From the human T2T-CHM13v2.0 reference genome, Homo sapiens: 64,000 nucleotides of DNA. The stretch lies in the NCBI RefSeq assembly GCF_009914755.1, contig NC_060936.1; one strand, 5' to 3'. This document shows, one piece after another, positions 24,122 through 37,633 of this stretch. The notes below the pieces were generated by a model, which worked only from the letters and a program-made list of their open reading frames with translations, had not been told where the DNA came from and did not search any database. The position numbers and the translations under genes were made by a program. Every line of letters begins with the position of its first letter. The first letter of the stretch is position 1.

Positions 24122-24710
24122 GGCCTCAAAGAGAACAATTGAAGTAGAAATTTCATCCACAGGAAAGATCAACAATGAATATATAACAGCCAGCTTTCCT
24201 GGGGCCTGGAGGAAAGAAACACTCTGAGTTCACTTTTCTTGTATTCATGGGAAGAATGTATTTGAGATTCATACATATTTATATCAAGTAACGTATTAGA
24301 GTAAATGTCAGTTTTTCACTCTCTCTTTCTTTTTAACTTCACATGCAGAAAACTAAATGACCCATAAAGAAAAAGAAATGATTTTTTTTCTACCATGAAA
24401 GTTTTAAAATATGCAAACATCTTAAAACCTAATAGAGCAGGTTATAAAGTGAGTTTGGTGCATTTTCTTAACAGAGATTTTACAAGGTTTTATAAGGGTT
24501 TGGGTTGGTGTGGTGTTCAACATTTTATTCTATTGCATTTAGAAACCTGTTCATTGGGTGACTCATACTTCATAGCACTGTCATCTTCATAAATATTTGC
24601 TGTGTTGGGGTAAAGACTGAACACTAATAGATTTCTAAACCTATAGTTATAAACCTATAAACCTATAGATTTCTGTAATTGAGGGACAATCAGGATTATT
24701 CTTCCAAAGC

Positions 24711-25074
24711 TGTATTAGTCCATTCTCACACTGCTAATAAAGGCATACCCAAAAGTGAGTAACTTATAAAGGAAAGAGGTTTAATTGACTGACAGTTGAA
24801 TATGGCTGGGGAGGCCTCAGGAAACTTACAATCATGGTGAAAGGGGAAGCAAACATGTCCTTCTTCCCATGGCGGCCAGAGAGAGAAGTGCCAAGCAAGA
24901 GTGGAAAATTCTGTTATAAAACCATCAGATCTTGTGAGAACTCACTCACTATCAGGAGAACAGCATGAGGGTAACTGCCCCCATGATTCAGTTATCTTTG
25001 ACTGGGTCCTTCCCATGACATATGGGGATTATGGGAACTACCGTTCAAGATGAGATTTGAGTCAAACCATATCA
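24711..25074 (-). mobile_element. THE1C-like solo LTR
   Basis: Termini 'tgtattagtcc' and 'aaaccatatca'; 5-bp TSD 'aaagc' at 24706-24710 and 25075-25079. Confidence 0.9.
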
Positions 25075-25169
25075 AAAGCTACCTGTAATTTGTATGATTA
25101 AAACTTTAATTCGAAGTTGAGGGCATAGTGTTTAGCTAAGGGACATTTAATCACTATTTGGGTCTGCCA

Positions 25170-25600
25170 TTTATTAGTTTAAATTAATGCTAGCTGCAGA
25201 CACAGATACACCCTTAAACCTCTGTGGCTTAACCCAGACAGAGTCCAGTTAGTTGCAGGATTAAGGGGAATTCTGCTCCACATAGCCACTGAGGTTCCAG
25301 GTTCCTTTCATTTTAGGGCTCTGCTACCCCCTAGGGTCCTTCTACCCCCCAGGGTCTTAACTGTCCTCGGCTGAGTTCTGTATATCTCACCAGGTGGTGG
25401 GGAGACAAACCAGGAAGTGGATTATGTGGGAAGATTTTATGAACTATGTCTAAAAGTAACACACACGACTTCTGCCACATTCGTTAGACAGAACCTAGGT
25501 ACATGAATTTGTCAAGCTACAAAGGAGATTGGAACATGCAGTAGAGCTGTGTGCCCAGAAGAAAGTGGCACTGGGTTTTGGCAGCCAGGTATCAGTATAT
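25170..25600 (-). mobile_element. Old MLT1-type LTR remnant
   Basis: 'gacttctgccacattcgttagacagaacctaggtacatg...ctacaaaggagattggaacatgcagtagagctgtgtgcccagaag'. Confidence 0.5.
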
Positions 25601-26003
25601 TCCACAGTTTCCAGCTGTATATTTTGGTAGTATCCGCTGCTGTGAATTGACATTCCTAACACAACATGCAGAAAAAAGATGTTCCCAGTTTCTCTGACAC
25701 AAGGGTATGAACACATGAACTTGCTTCTACCATTCAGACACCTCAGCATGAGGCATGACTGAGCAGCAGAGAGAAAAAGCACAGAGCATCTGTTCTGCAG
25801 TTATAGATGTCTGAAGTAACATATTTCTGGAGTCATGGGTAGTGCTGGGTGCTTCCCCCTTATGTCAGAGACATTGAGAGTCTGTTAGCAAGCAGGTCTT
25901 AGGAAGGGGTTCTGGTGTTGGGGGTGTTCCCAGAAGCTCAGACTAAAATCTATCTCTCCATTGACTCCAACAATGCTGTGAGCCTCTTCATATCCCTTAA
26001 TAC

Positions 26004-26446
26004 TCTGAACCACAAAAATTTAAGACAGGTCTCAGTTAATTTAGGAAGTTTATTTTGCCAAGTTTGAGGATGCGAGCCCATGACACAGCCTCAGGAAGTC
26101 CTGACGACATGTGCCCAAGGTGGTCAGGGCAAAGCCTACTTTTACACATTTGAGGGAGACACGAGACATTGATCAATACATGTAAGAAGTACATTGGTTC
26201 GGTCTGGAAAGGCGAGACAACTCAAAGCAAAGGCAGGAAGCCAGGAAGCCAGAAGGGGGCTTCCAGGTCACAGATAGGTGAGAGAGAAATGAACCTTTGC
26301 ATTCTTTTGAGCTTCTGATCAGCCTTTCCAAGGAGGCAATCAGACATGCATCTATCTCAGTGAGCAGAGGGGTGACTTTGAATAGGAGGCATATTTGCCC
26401 TGAGCAGTTCCCAACTTGATGGGGTCCAAGATATTTTCCTCTCACA
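26004..26446 (-). mobile_element. MER4A1-like ERV1 solo LTR
   Basis: 'gacaggtctcagttaatttaggaagtttattttgccaag...gacacagcctcaggaagtcctgacgacatgtgcccaaggtggtc'; 4-bp TSD 'atac'. Confidence 0.88.
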
Positions 26447-28024
26447 ATACATTCTTGCTGCTTCAACAAAAGTGAATCTTGTTTTCTGCATCTAAGAATG
26501 TTGTTTTTATTTAATTCATCTCACTTATGAGGGAAAAAAAGCAAAAAGACACATGCACTTCAGTGTATAAATCCAACCCTATCAGACTTTGGACAGCAAA
26601 GGGATTTCTCTAGAACATTTTTATTAATTTATCTCCTAATATTAAAACATTGTGGGATTTCATCCAATATTTTGGTATTTTACTTTCCTTGAAAAATCAA
26701 ACAACACGAAGAACAGTAAGGGTTGTGGAATCGTAGCTCCTGAGTCCTAATCCCGCAGGCCAAGGGTACAGCTGGAGTCATGATGCAACGAACACATCTC
26801 CATTCCATGACCTTCCGCTCCCTTATTAACCACAAAGAGAGCGCCGAGCACACCTGCCCAGGCACTGCTTTTCTGAATGGTCCCTCCCCACAGAACAAGG
26901 AGAGATCACTGGGGCAGACTATGAGCCTTGGAAGGTTCATCTTGATTTCTTCTGTTGAGAAATCTCATTTTGTGCAGTGCTTCTGTGTTCTGTGTGTCTC
27001 TGAAATCCGATATGAACTCGACCTCGTCAGAGAGCAAGTGAATGAGGAATCCATCCCCAAAGAGGACTTATTTCTCCTGGTTGGATTTTTCCTCTTGGTG
27101 CACATGGAAGCTCTCACTTCACTCTTTTTGTGTGATGACTGATGATGCCTCACATATGTTTGATCCATGGTCATTCATGGGGATGGGTGTCAGTGGATTC
27201 CTGAACTCTAAGAACCAAGCAAGTGTCCACCCCAAGTGACCGTGTTTGGTGGTGTGGGTGCATCTTTACATAATTACATGAATCCTCATCCTTCATAGGG
27301 CTGGTAAGCCTCAGCATTGAGTATTTATTCTTAGTCATTTCCAGTGCACATCAGTTTTTAAAACTACCTCTTGGATACTTGAGGAGTGGCTTTATAATTG
27401 TTAAATTCCCTTAAATATATTCTTTGGCAACATCATGCTATTGAAAGGGCTTTACCATTTGAGACACAAGGTAATAAAGGTCTCACTAATGCACATATGC
27501 CTCACTCTCCTCTTTACAAGGGATTTGGCCCAGCACCAGAGGAAAGCAATTGGGCAAAATACACAGAAATAACAACCACCAGCAGACATACGCTCTCGTA
27601 CTGCACTTCTGTGAATGTGGAAAATAACTGTTTTCCTGATGATGTGATTTCACACAAACCTTTCATTCTTGGAAGAGACTTTATAACTAAATAGGAGTTT
27701 GTAAATTATAAAGAATTCACTGAGGCTATTGAGGCTACTAAACTTGATCAAAGAGAGGTAATAATTAGATCACAATCACTTATACTGGCTTTTACCTTCC
27801 CAAGATTTTGAAACATTTTCATAGGCATTATCTCTTTACCTAGAATATTAACATCAGACCCCTTATTTTTAATAATTGCAGAATAATTTTAATAACTCCA
27901 ATTATTAGAAATAAATCATTTATGTCTTAATTTCTTTCTAATAATAATTCCAGAATTATTATTTCTAATAACTCTAGAATTAACTTTCAGCTGAAAGAAT
28001 TAATTTTATAAACTTAAATTTTAC

Positions 28025-28104
28025 TTTATAAATACTTAAAACATCAAATGATGTGGTAACATACTCATCATTACCTCATCATTGATGTTTTAAGTATTTA
28101 TAAA
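28025..28104. repeat. Near-perfect inverted repeat (34-35 bp arms, 11-nt loop)
   Basis: tttataaatacttaaaacatcaaatgatgtggtaa / ttacctcatcattgatgttttaagtatttataaa; 1 mismatch and 1 bulge. Confidence 0.95.
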
Positions 28105-28832
28105 CAATTTCACTCCTCCTCCCAAAATTGTTCATAACCTCAACAAGATAAGCAGGAGAGTCATAATTTTCTTCATTGAAAGATAAAAGGAACAACAACA
28201 AAAATTAAAAACAGAAATGATTAAAAGTAAAAAAGCCTATTTTATAGGCATTAAATTAGGACATTTAAAAATTAAGATATGGTTCATATACAAAATTAAC
28301 ACGGTTAAGCATTATTCAAAGTACACTTTTTGGGGAACAATTTGATGGAGATGTAAATAATTCTGTGAAATATTGTGAGAAAGCTACAAGTTAATTTGTT
28401 TAGTCAGTTTGTCTTCCTATAAGCATGTGTACCAATACTCCCATACTCTGGTGAACCCGTGTCAACATTTTCACAGACATGGTCTCTTAATGGTGAGATT
28501 ATAGGGGATTTTGTTTTCTTTGTAATTTTGTTTTGTTTTCTAAGTTTTTTCTGTTGATTAGACTTTGTAATTAGAAAAGGCAAACTGTAAGATTGAAAAC
28601 CATTGGAATAGATTAGATTATAATATTTTATTTCCTCCTTATAGTTGCTCCAAGTTATATAGTCACTACAATAAGGTAGCTGGGAAAAGCCTGGACTTGT
28701 ATGAATGTTTTGGAGAAAACATCGATAAATCCCCTTTTCTCTCCTAATTCCTGATCATAGTGACTGCTCAGAGTTACCATGAAATAGTTCAATCCATGAT
28801 GACCCATGCACCATAGCACTGTGCTCTGTCAC

Positions 28833-29456
28833 TGCAATAGTCTAACTAAATGTTTATGTCCCTCCAAAATTCACATCTTGGAACCGCATGGAGATGGTAT
28901 TAGTAAATGGAATTTTGGAGAAGAGATTAGGTCGTGAGGGTGGAGCCCTCATGAATGGGACCAGTGGCCTTTTAAGCAGAAGCCAGAGGGTTGGCTCGCT
29001 GTCTTTCCACCATGTGAGGATACAACAAAAAGAAAGAAGTCCACAACCTGGTAGGGGGTTCTCACCAGAATGCAGCCATGTTGGCATCCTAATCTCAGAA
29101 TTTCTTGATTTCTGGCTTAATTTAATTTTTTACCCAAAAGTCATTTTGGAGCAGATTGTTTAATTTTCATTTAATTGTATAGTTTTGAATGATCTTCTTG
29201 GTACTGATTTCTATTTTCATTGCACTGTGGTCTGAGAGTGCGGTTGGTATGATTTCAGTTCTTTTGAATCTGTCAAGAATTGCTTTAGGGCTGAGCGTAT
29301 GGTCAGCTGTAGAGCATGTGCCATGTGCAGATGAGAAGAATGTATATTCTATTTTTTGGGGTGGAGTCAGAACTGTGAGAAATAAATGGTTGTTGTTTAA
29401 GCCACCCAGTCTTTGGTAATGTAATTTGTTGTAGACTCCCGACCTGACTCAGGCAG
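28833..29456 (+). mobile_element. MLT1A-type LTR interrupted by an L1 fragment
   Basis: 'tgtccctccaaaattcacatc...gagggtggagccctcatgaatggga' and, after the insert, 'cagaactgtgagaaataaatggttgttgtttaagccacccagtc'. Confidence 0.85.
29099..29366 (-). mobile_element. Internal L1 ORF2 (endonuclease-region) fragment, old L1PA/L1PB-like
   Basis: 'tttacccaaaagtcatt...tgcactgtggtctgagagtgcggttggtatgatttc...ccatgtgcagatgagaagaatgtatattct'; no poly(A) or TSD. Confidence 0.85.
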
Positions 29457-29495
29457 TCATCATTCAAGTGTTCAAATCCCCATGATGCCCCAGGG

Positions 29496-29554
29496 CATGT
29501 TGTTTCCCAGCAGGCCATGGAGCACCATCTTGTTTCCCAGCAGGCCATGCAGCA
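29496..29554. repeat. 30-bp tandem duplication
   Basis: 'cat.ttgtttcccagcaggccatg.agca' at 29496 and 29526. Confidence 0.85.
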
Positions 29555-29789
29555 GGAAGTTGGTGCCCTCCCAGTGGGAAGGAGCCAACATCAATGTACT
29601 GCCTGCTGCTGGGGACAGTTCTGAAGTAGCAGCCTTCTTTTTCATATCCACACCACTTAACAGCTTAACTGTGCATATTAGACTTCTGACTAACAGAGAT
29701 GTCTCCCAAGGTGGAAGTGTTGTTCTCTCCCACAGAAAATTCTACAGGCTGGCAGTCCAGGACCTCCTCTATCTTTTGATGGTAACAGA

Positions 29790-30408
<619 letters not shown>

Positions 30409-32895
30409 TTAAGACACTAAGAAGGGCATATTTGTTAGAGCAGCCTGTGTTCATCACCCTGACTACACTTCTCTGCCCTCCTAGGGAAGGATCTTGTCTT
30501 CAGGTCCTCTGAATGCCCACTCACGAGGCCAGAGCTCCTTGTAGAGTCATATTCATATTCTTGGCAGCTGAAAGGAAGAAGGATGCACCCTCCTGCTAAG
30601 TCAGCTACGTTGAAAAGAGCCTTCAACTATTAGTTGAGTGTCTTCCACACTGACAATCAGAAGAAATAGTCTTAGGGTTTCAAAATTGTTTAACCTTTAA
30701 AAGTGGTCCACATATTTCTCAAATTTGAAAACCATGACCTTTGTTCACCTATTTTTCCCTATCTGTATTCCTGAATATTAGTTGTTTCAAAAAGAAGGAA
30801 TATCTAAATATTTCAGATTTATCCTAAAAGAAGTCTTGTCTCAATGCAGATGCAGACTGCTTAATTCTGTCTTTCCCTCTATGGTCAGAAGGAAAAAAAC
30901 CATTACGGGGTCAGTGTGTTCTGAGTGGGTCATCTGTGTGAGGTCATCATATTTTTCAACCTGGATCTCACCTGAGGATTCCAAGGTTCTCTTGAAGCAT
31001 TATATTTAATTCATTGTTAGTTATTTTAGAAAATATTTTCCTGCAAGTATTTTCTTGGAACAAACTGTTTTATGAAAGTCCATGTACCATATAATTTGCA
31101 CTCCAACTAAAATTACTTTTCTTCATAATAGTTAGACTTTTGCAGGTGCTTGTTTGTTTGGTGAACAACTGTGGAACAGACAAATGATGCTTCTAGAAAA
31201 TGTGTTTTATTCCATGAGTAGCATTATTTGGGTTAGAACAAGATTTTTAATGAATATTGTCAAATTGTCAGTGTACTTATACCCTCCTTCTTTCTCAAGT
31301 TGTCATTCAGCTAAAACCTAAGTTTGACTTTCTTTCACTTGTTCTTTTATTTCTTCAAGCATTTCCTTTTTGCTTACTATGTGTTGGATACTGATCTAAG
31401 AACCAGGGAGATCACGATAAATGATATGGGGTCTTAACTTTATGGAATAGATCAGTGAAATTTCTTTCTTTAGAATAAGACATAAAACCCAATATAGGCT
31501 TAGTACTCAAAAAGAGTTCTTATTAATTACAATAATTGCAATCACATTCAGTGTTGGAGGTAGCCTTTGCCAGTGATTTTGTGGGAGGCATGGAGTTGAG
31601 CAGCCAACCTCTCCCCTCCTAGCTAATGTGGGTTATCAAGGCATTTCCTAGGTTAGAATAGAAATGAGGCTCCCTTAGCTGTCTCTTGGAAAGTCCAAAT
31701 ATAGGAGGGGGCTTTGAATGCATCTCTGAGGTTGACTAGATTCCAGCTGATGGAAATGGAAGCAAAGAGTGCTCCAGGCATAGGCAGGAGTGTTTGAAAA
31801 ACCCTAGAGTGAAGAAATGACACAACTTGTTTACTGAATGTTGATGAGTCTAGTTTCGATGAGGAACAGGGGAGAACTGAGAGATGACACAGAAAATGTA
31901 GGCTACAGCGATACTGAATAAGGCTGGGATTTCAGACTGAGAGGTGGAAGTGCAATTTTCTATTGAATAGAGAATATAGGGGTGATAAGGGGCACAGGTT
32001 TCCCTGACACTGGGCACTGAAATTTACTTGCAGTTGTTGCCTAGGAAACATGTATTCATTCTGTGTCTGTGCCCAGGTGCGTGTATGTGCAGGTGAAAGT
32101 GTGTGTGTATGCATGCAAACTTGTGCATGTGCTTGTGTGATGTGTGTGTGACTTTGACGTCTAGATTGATATCACTTCCACTTCTGAAACCCACCTTCTG
32201 ATTGAAATCTCTGGTCTTAACAAGGGCATAAACCCCTGTGATCCAGCTGTCCTGCCTGGTAATGGCTTTCTATTGAATGTACAGATTTAGTTCTCAAGGA
32301 TCATCTGTTCTAAGACTCATGCTCCGATTATTGAAATAAATGCACTTTTCAGAATATAATTTTTCATTAATGGCTGTTAAGTCCTAGAGCTGATCATTTT
32401 AAACCTCCCCAAACCAACCACAGTTTATCAGTCACCTGTAGCCCTCATTGGAAGACCAAGGGCCCTTCTTATATTTTAGAGGTTAGTGTTACCACTCACA
32501 TCAATTCACATCATGCAAGTTACAGTATATGGCAACCAAATAAATGACAAACAGAGAAATAATAAACATGAACTCCCTGCAAGTGATCCTTATATGGTCT
32601 CTATTCTAAATTTTTAGAACGGCTTTCATTTTAGGGAATTTTATTTTGTTCAGTAAATGCATTCAATAAGCATATAATTTAAGGTGATCCAATATTTATA
32701 GCATTGTAAATATTCTCCTAGTTATACATTCACAAAGCAGGGTAAACATATTACATATGACATGCCCTGTGCTTAGTTTTGACACATAAGATTAACTTAG
32801 TTGACCCGGTTGTTTCTGGCATTTTTGTTCCCTAATTTCTGTGAGTGTCACCAGGATTTCACATGGGATCTCCTGGTGTTTTGTTGTATTAAGTG

Positions 32896-33030
32896 GCTGG
32901 TTTGAAACCATCTTTCTCTGTAGAAGTCTTTCCCCATTATTCTGAGAATCCTTGAGGCTTATGCTGGCTTGAAACCATCTTACTCTGTAGAAGTCTTTCC
33001 CCGGTATTCTGAGAATCCTTTAGGTTTATG
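32896..33030. repeat. 67-bp tandem duplication
   Basis: 'gctgg.ttgaaaccatctt.ctctgtagaagtctttcccc..tattctgagaatcctt.agg.ttat' at 32896 and 32963. Confidence 0.92.
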
Positions 33031-33520
33031 ATCATATTACTGTTTTGGCTCCTATTTCTAAGCTTACTCTCTCTTTTGGTGTGGGTACAACCCAGGTTTT
33101 AAACTCAGCCCCTTCCTTCAATTTCACATAAAGCTTTACTTACACAAAGATTCTGCAAGTTACAGCAGACTCTGCCGAAGTTGGATGGGGAATGAAGAAG
33201 ACAAAGGGCGAACATTACGGAAATGCTGATAGTTGAAAAGTGAGCATGAGGCATCCCTGTTAATCAATTTGCATTTAAAACATCCTTTAGTCCCTTGGCC
33301 TTAGGGAAATGTTCTCAGACCACCTTGCCTCCCACTCTCTATGAGACTCTTGTTTTTGGTATGGCCACTAAGCCAGAATGTGCCTGGCAAAAGGGGGTTT
33401 GGCAGAGAGGCCTAGTAGGGGCTGAACTTTGTATCATGCTCTGCTTCCTAATGTCCTGGTCTGGATTGCCTCAGCCTGTAGTAAGATATGCTTTTTCTAA
33501 GGCACAAAAAGTGCCATGCA

Positions 33521-36305
33521 ATAAACTAGAAAACCTAGAGGAGATGGATAAATTCCTGGAAATATACAACTCTCCTAAATTAAACCAGGAAGAAATAGAA
33601 ACTCTGAACAACCAATAGCAAGCAGCGAGATTGAAATGATAATTAATAAGTTACCAACAAAAAAAAGTCCAGGACCAGACATGAATTATATCAGACATTC
33701 AAAGAAGAATTTGTACCAACCCTATTGACACTATTCCAAAAGATAGTGAAAGGGAGAATCCTCCCTAAATCATTCTATGAAACCAGTGTTACCATAATAC
33801 CAAAACCAGGAAAGAACATGACAAAAAAAAAGAAAACTACAAGCCAATATCCCTAATGAACATAGATCCAAAAAATCCTCAACAAAATACTAGCTAACCA
33901 AACCCAATAGCATAACAAAAAGATAATCCGCCTTGATCAAATGGGTTTCATACCAGGGATGCAGAGATGGTTTAACATACGCAAGTCAATAAATGTGATA
34001 CACCACATAAACAGAATTAAAAACAAAAATCACATGATTATCTCAATAGATACAGAAAAAGCATCTGACAAAATACAGCATCTCTATATGATTAAAACCC
34101 TCAGCAAAATTGGCATAGAAGGGACATACCTTAAGGTAATAAAAGCCATCTATGACAAACCCACAACCAACATTATAAGGAATGGGAAAAAACTGAAACA
34201 TTCCCCTTGAGAATTGGAACAAGACAGGGATGCCCACTCTTGCCACTTTTATTCAACATAATACTGGAAGTCCTAGCCAGAGCAATCAGACAAGAGAAAG
34301 AAATAAAGGGCATCCAAATTGGTAAAGAGGAAGTCAAACCGTCACTGTTTGCTGATGACATGATTGTACACCTAGAAAACCCTAAATACTCATCCAAAAA
34401 AGCTCCTAGAACTGGTACGTGAATTCAGCAAAGTTTCAGGATACAAAATTAACGTACAAAAATCAGTAGCTCTTCTATATACCAACAGTGACCAAGCTGA
34501 GAATCAAATCAAGAATCCAACCCCTTTTACAATAGCAAAACAAACAAAACAAAACAAAACAAAACCAAAAACTTAGGAACATACCTAATCAAGAAGGTGA
34601 AAGACCTCTACAACGAAAACTATAAAACACTGCTGAAAGAAACCATAGACAATACAAATAAATGAAAACACATCCCATGCTCATGGATGTGTAGAATCAA
34701 TATTGTGAAAATGACCATACTGCCGAAAGCAATCTACAAATGCAATGAATTCTCATCAAAATATCACCATCATTCGTTGCAGAACTAGAAAAAACAATCC
34801 TAAAATTCATATGGAACCATAAAAGAGCCCACATAGCCAAAGCAAGATGAAGCAAAACAACAACAACAACAGACAAATCTGGAAGCATCACATCACCCGA
34901 CTTCAAACTATACTGTAAGGCCATAGTCACCAAAACAGCATGGTACTCGTATAAAAATAGGCATATAAACCAATGGACAGAATACAGAACCCAGAAATAA
35001 AGCCACATACTTGCAGCCAACTGATCTTCAACAAAGCAAACAAAAACATACAGTGGGGAAAGGACACCCTATTCAACAAATGTGCTGGGATAATTGGCAA
35101 GCCACATGTAGAAGAATGAAACTGAATCCTCATCTTTCACCTTATACAAAGTCAACTCAAGATGGATAAAAGATTTAAACCTAAGACCTGAAACTATAAA
35201 AATTCTAGAAGATAGCATTGGAAAAACCCTTCTAAACATTAGCTTATGCAAAGATTTCATGACCAAGAACCCAAAAGCAAATGCAGCAAAAACAAAGATA
35301 AATAGATGGAACTTAATTAAACTAAAAAGCTTCTACACAGCAAAAGAAATAATCAGCAGAGCAAATAGACAACCCACAGAGTGGGAGAAAATCTTCACAG
35401 TCTATGCTTCTGACAGAGGACTAACATCCAGAATCTACAAGGAGCTCAAACAAATTAGCAAGAAAAAAAAGCCTATTAAAAATTGGGCTAAGGACATGAA
35501 GAGGCAATTCTCAAAAGAAGATACACAAATGGCCAACAAACGTATGAAAAAATGCTCACCACCACTAATACCAGGGAAATGCAAATCAAAACCACAATGT
35601 GATACCACCTTACTCCTGCAAGAATGGCCATGATCAAAAAATTTTAAAAAATTGATGTTGGCTTGGATGTAGTGAAAAGGGACAATTTTACACTTCTGGT
35701 GGGAATGTAAACTAGTACAATCACTATGGAAAACAGTGCGGACATTCCTTAAAGAACTAAAAGTACATCTACCATATGATCCAGCAATCCCACTACTGGG
35801 TATCTTCCCAGAGGAAGTCATTATATAAAAAAGACACTTGCACATGCATGTTTATACCAGTACAATTCTCAATTCCAAAAATTTGGAACCAGCCCAAATG
35901 TCCATCAATCAGCGAGTGGAAAAAGAAAATGTGATACACACACACACACACACACAAACACACACGCACACCATGGAATACTACTCAGCCATAAAAAGGA
36001 ACGAAATAATGACATTTGCAGCAACCTAGATGAAATGGGAGACCATTATTCTAAGCAAAGTACTCAGGAATGGAAAGACAAACATCATATATTCTCATAA
36101 GTTGGAGCTAAGCTATGAGGATGCAAAAGCATAAGAATGATATAATGGACTTTCCAAACTTGGGGGAAAGGGTGGGAGGGGGGTGAGAGATAAAAGACTA
36201 CGCATTGGGTACAGTGTACACTACTCGGGTGATGGGTGCACCAAAATCTCAGAAATCACCACTGAAGGGCTTACTCATGTACCAAAAAAAATTAATTAAT
36301 TATTT
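33521..36305 (+). mobile_element. L1PB1-like LINE-1, 5'-truncated, disrupted ORF2 plus 3'UTR
   Basis: ORF-track fragments [32 protein letters not shown]...LFADDMIV (RT motif) and [10 protein letters not shown]; stops and frameshifts between them; L1PB 3'UTR; TSD 'aaaaagt(g)ccatgcaa' at 33506-33521 and 36306-36320. Confidence 0.95.
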
Positions 36306-37633
36306 AAAAAGTCCATGCAAGCTAGCCCTTCTCTGCCCATTGCATGCTCTATTCTTCCTTTAAATCTTAGAAGTAGTGCCAATTTCCTCATTTTCTTAGG
36401 AAGAGCAGCCAAGCAATGCTTTTTGTTTTGCCTGTTTGCTCATTTGCTCTTCTGCTTATACTCATACTGGCAAGACATTCAGTCCAAATGCTTATCTAGG
36501 CACCTTCTGAAGCAAAGAGTTTCCTTCCTTGGAATACTTCTGCTGCTACCTCTTAAGTCGATAATACTTGGTTACCATGCTTTTCTTTGCTTTTTTATTC
36601 TCTCTCTCCTTTGCTGCCTGGTTTAGGGCTGATTAACGTTTATTCTTTTGTTTTTCCGCTCTTCCCATCTGTAGTTTGGACGTTTGATTTTGTATTTCTA
36701 TTCTTTAACTAGCTGAATTTTGCTTTGTTATATTGTATTATTCCTGTAATTTCTGATTATAACTTCTTGATTGTCTTACCTGTGCTAGGGTGCACTGAAT
36801 ACCTGCTGGAGGAGGGGTTTATTCAGGGCTGCCTGCCACACACACATAAACACACAGACACTTTTAGTCAACATGTGGGTCTCCAATTTTCTGAGGCAGC
36901 TTTTCATTTCTTTTCCTCTGTCTCCAGTTCCTTTGTGCTTCTTAATTATCCCCAGCCGAGCAAAGCTTGGAGGTCTGCCCAGGGTTCCCATCTGCCAGAA
37001 AGGTCTGAGGCCACACCTGCAAGGAACTGGAGCTTTCACACAGGTTCATAAAGGCTTCCGACTAGACACTTCCTTTGCAGCAATTGCAGCAATTTATGAC
37101 TTTAAATACAGTGTGGAAAACATCAAAACAAACCCTTTGCATAGATATTCTTTTTCATTGCTTGCCTACAGCTGTCTTGCAGTGAGGCAGGAAATGATGC
37201 TACCTGCTTTGACTACTTTTACTTTTCATAATGCCTAGAAATAAGCTATTTTAAAGGGTTGTATGGACTAGACTGTTTTATCAAAAGCAATTTCCACTAT
37301 GAATGATTTTTAATGTCTCAACTCTAAGATATTTTTGAGTTTTAGCACTGATATTTTAGTTTTGCATTGTTAATTTGTTTTATTGATATTAAACATTTAT
37401 ATTGTATTGCTTGAAGTCATTTGGAAGTTTATTTGAAATTGAAATTGTCAAGTAAAGTTAGGTAATGGGATTGCACCAGATTGCTGTGTGCAGCGATTTT
37501 CTGATTTCACTTCTTCCCCTTTGAGTCAACTGTGTTCTGATAAATCTGGACCTAAATCTGTGAACATTCTATCTGAGCAAGGAAACAGAATAGGGTGATA
37601 ATTACTTTACTCTGAAGTGGCAAGACCCACAAA

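Noticed and set aside
33941-35633. Reverse-transcriptase-like ORFs including an FADD motif
   Set aside because: Fragments of a 5'-truncated, frameshifted L1PB ORF2; not a retron, DGR or new RT system
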